Positions 15,638-17,059 of a stretch of DNA of 17,059 nucleotides are shown piece after piece. Origin of the DNA: a virus (lineage: Duplodnaviria > Heunggongvirae > Uroviricota > Caudoviricetes); the IMG/VR virus record IMGVR_UViG_2579778535_000004, positions 1 to 17,059 of that record; one strand, given 5' to 3'. The notes below the pieces were generated by a model that was not told the DNA's origin, searched no databases, and saw nothing but the letters and a program-made list of their open reading frames with translations. How positions within the stretch are numbered: position 1 is the first letter of the stretch; the number at the start of each line of letters is the position of its first letter. The position numbers and the translations under genes were made by a program.

Positions 15638-16174
15638 ATGTCATTTATTAAAACTTTTTCCGGGAAGCATTTTTATTATGACAGGATAAATAAAGACGAC
15701 ATCGTTATTAACGATATCGCGGTTTCCCTTTCAAATATCTGTCGCTTTGCAGGACATCTTTCACACTTCTACAGTGTCGCCCAACATGCGGTGCTTTGCA
15801 GCCAGCTGGTGCCACAGGAATTTGCTTTTGAAGCTTTAATGCATGATGCAACAGAAGCATATTGCCAGGACATCCCCGCACCACTGAAACGACTTCTTCC
15901 TGACTATAAACGGATGGAAGAAAAAATAGACGCCGTAATACGTGAGAAATACGGGTTACCTCCTGTTATGAGCACGCCAGTGAAATATGCCGATCTCATT
16001 ATGCTGGCAACCGAACGCCGCGATCTCGGGCTTGATGATGGCTCTTTCTGGCCTGTACTGGAAGGTATCCCGGCAACAGAGATGTTCAAAGTGATTCCAC
16101 AGGTACCGGGCCATGCCTACGGGATGTTTATGGAACGTTTTAACGAGTTATCGGAGTTACGCAAATGCGCATGA
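15638..16174 (+). CDS. HD-domain phosphohydrolase
   Basis: H...HD metal-binding pattern (SVAQHAVLCSQL ... ALMHDATEAY). The start is taken at the ATG at 15638, with GGAGAA 8 nt upstream. Confidence 0.7.
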   Translation: MSFIKTFSGKHFYYDRINKDDIVINDIAVSLSNICRFAGHLSHFYSVAQHAVLCSQLVPQEFAFEALMHDATEAYCQDIPAPLKRLLPDYKRMEEKIDAVIREKYGLPPVMSTPVKYADLIMLATERRDLGLDDGSFWPVLEGIPATEMFKVIPQVPGHAYGMFMERFNELSELRKCA

Positions 16175-16527
16175 ATGTTTTCGAAATGGAAGGGTTTCTT
16201 CGTGGGAGATGTGTACCGCGAGATCTGAAAGTGAATGAAACAGATGCTGAATACCTGGTGCGTAAATTCGATGCGCTTGAAGCTAAATGTGCAGCACAGG
16301 AAAACAAAGTAATACCAGTGTCAACTGAACTGCCACCAGCAAATGAAAGTGTTTTGTTATTCGATGCTAACGGAGAAGGCTGGCTAATTGGCTGGCGTTC
16401 TCTCTGGTACACCTGGGGACAAAAAGAAACCGGAGAATGGCAGTGGACATTTCAGGTCGGGGACCTTGAAAACGTCAATATCACTCACTGGGCAGTAATG
16501 CCAAAAGCACCGGAGGCTGGAGCATAA
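16165..16527 (+). CDS. DUF551-like phage protein
   Basis: 120-aa ORF ending ...GEWQWTF...ITHWAVMPKAPE, reminiscent of DUF551. GGAG lies about 10 nt upstream. Confidence 0.45.
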   Translation: MRMNVFEMEGFLRGRCVPRDLKVNETDAEYLVRKFDALEAKCAAQENKVIPVSTELPPANESVLLFDANGEGWLIGWRSLWYTWGQKETGEWQWTFQVGDLENVNITHWAVMPKAPEAGA

Positions 16528-16832
16528 TGACCACTTTTACCGACAAAGAACTGATTAAAGAAATTAAAGAGCGTATCAGCAGCCTTGACGTGCGAGACGA
16601 TATTGAGCGCCGTGCTTATGAAATCGCACTCCTATCTCTGGAAGTAGAACCAGATGAACGCGAAGCTTATGAATTATTCATGGAAAAGCGTTTCGGTGAC
16701 TTAGTAGATCGTCGGAGAGCAAAAAACGGCGATAACGAATACATGGCATGGGATATGACTCTCGGTTGGATCGTCTGGCAGCAACGAGCAGGTATCCATT
16801 TTTCAACAATGTCACAACAAGAGGTGAAATAA
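16527..16832 (+). CDS. Hypothetical phage protein
   Basis: 101-aa ORF whose ATG overlaps the upstream stop, with GGAGG about 12 nt upstream. Confidence 0.5.
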   Translation: MTTFTDKELIKEIKERISSLDVRDDIERRAYEIALLSLEVEPDEREAYELFMEKRFGDLVDRRRAKNGDNEYMAWDMTLGWIVWQQRAGIHFSTMSQQEVK

Positions 16833-17059
16833 TGGAGCCATACAGCCTCACACTCGATGAGGCCTGTCATTTTCTCAAGATATCCAGACCGACTGCCATT
16901 AACTGGATACGCACAGGGCGTCTTCAGGCAACACGCAAAGATCCCACTAAGAATAAATCTCCTTACCTCACAACACGACAAGCCTGCATTGCGGCTCTTC
17001 AGTCTCCGCTGCATACTGTCCAGGTGAGCGCGGGTGATGGCATAACAGAGGAAAGAAAA
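16832..17059 (+). CDS. xis: Excisionase-like protein, partial (open to the window end)
   Basis: MEPYSLTLDEACHFLKISRPTAINWIRTGRLQATRKDP is the winged-helix excisionase pattern. GAGGTG lies upstream of the ATG at 16832. No stop is reached within the window. Confidence 0.6.
   Translation, partial: MEPYSLTLDEACHFLKISRPTAINWIRTGRLQATRKDPTKNKSPYLTTRQACIAALQSPLHTVQVSAGDGITEERK

Larger units (their letters stand above)
1..17059. mobile_element. Segment of a lambdoid prophage, probably defective (immunity, replication, nin-like, Q, lysis and truncated tail modules; no head or packaging genes)
   Basis: Gene order on the minus strand (cro-like, CII-like, replication initiator, RusA, Q, holin, endolysin, spanins), with a divergent CI-like repressor and an xis-ending operon on the plus strand. 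Terminase, portal, capsid and baseplate genes are missing where expected. Confidence 0.85.

Noticed and set aside
15904-16412. Minus-strand ORFs 15904..16089 and 16140..16412
   Set aside because: Antisense to the HD-domain and DUF551-like genes.
16667-17014. 115-aa minus-strand ORF
   Set aside because: Antisense to the 16527..16832 gene and the excisionase-like gene; Cys-rich and not protein-like.
1-17059. Looked for tRNA genes, insertion-sequence transposases with terminal inverted repeats, and attachment-site direct repeats
   Set aside because: No cloverleaf-compatible segment or transposase was seen, and the integrase and att sites would lie beyond the right edge. A scan by eye cannot exclude small elements.

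Overview
This window reads as one arm of a lambdoid prophage from an enterobacterial host, running from a partial excisionase (int side, right edge) through the immunity, replication, nin-like and Q regions to a lysis cassette and a heavily truncated Mu-like tail module. Head, packaging and baseplate genes are absent, so the element looks defective. The main hunt result is an AT-rich two-gene cassette (5211-8045) on the opposite strand between Q and the holin: a predicted OLD/Gabija-like ABC-ATPase + TOPRIM nuclease translationally coupled to a complete C5-cytosine methyltransferase. I do not recognise this pairing as a described defence system. All protein calls rest on motif recognition from the supplied translations and my own reading of the DNA, with no database searches run; GC figures are hand counts on a few lines.
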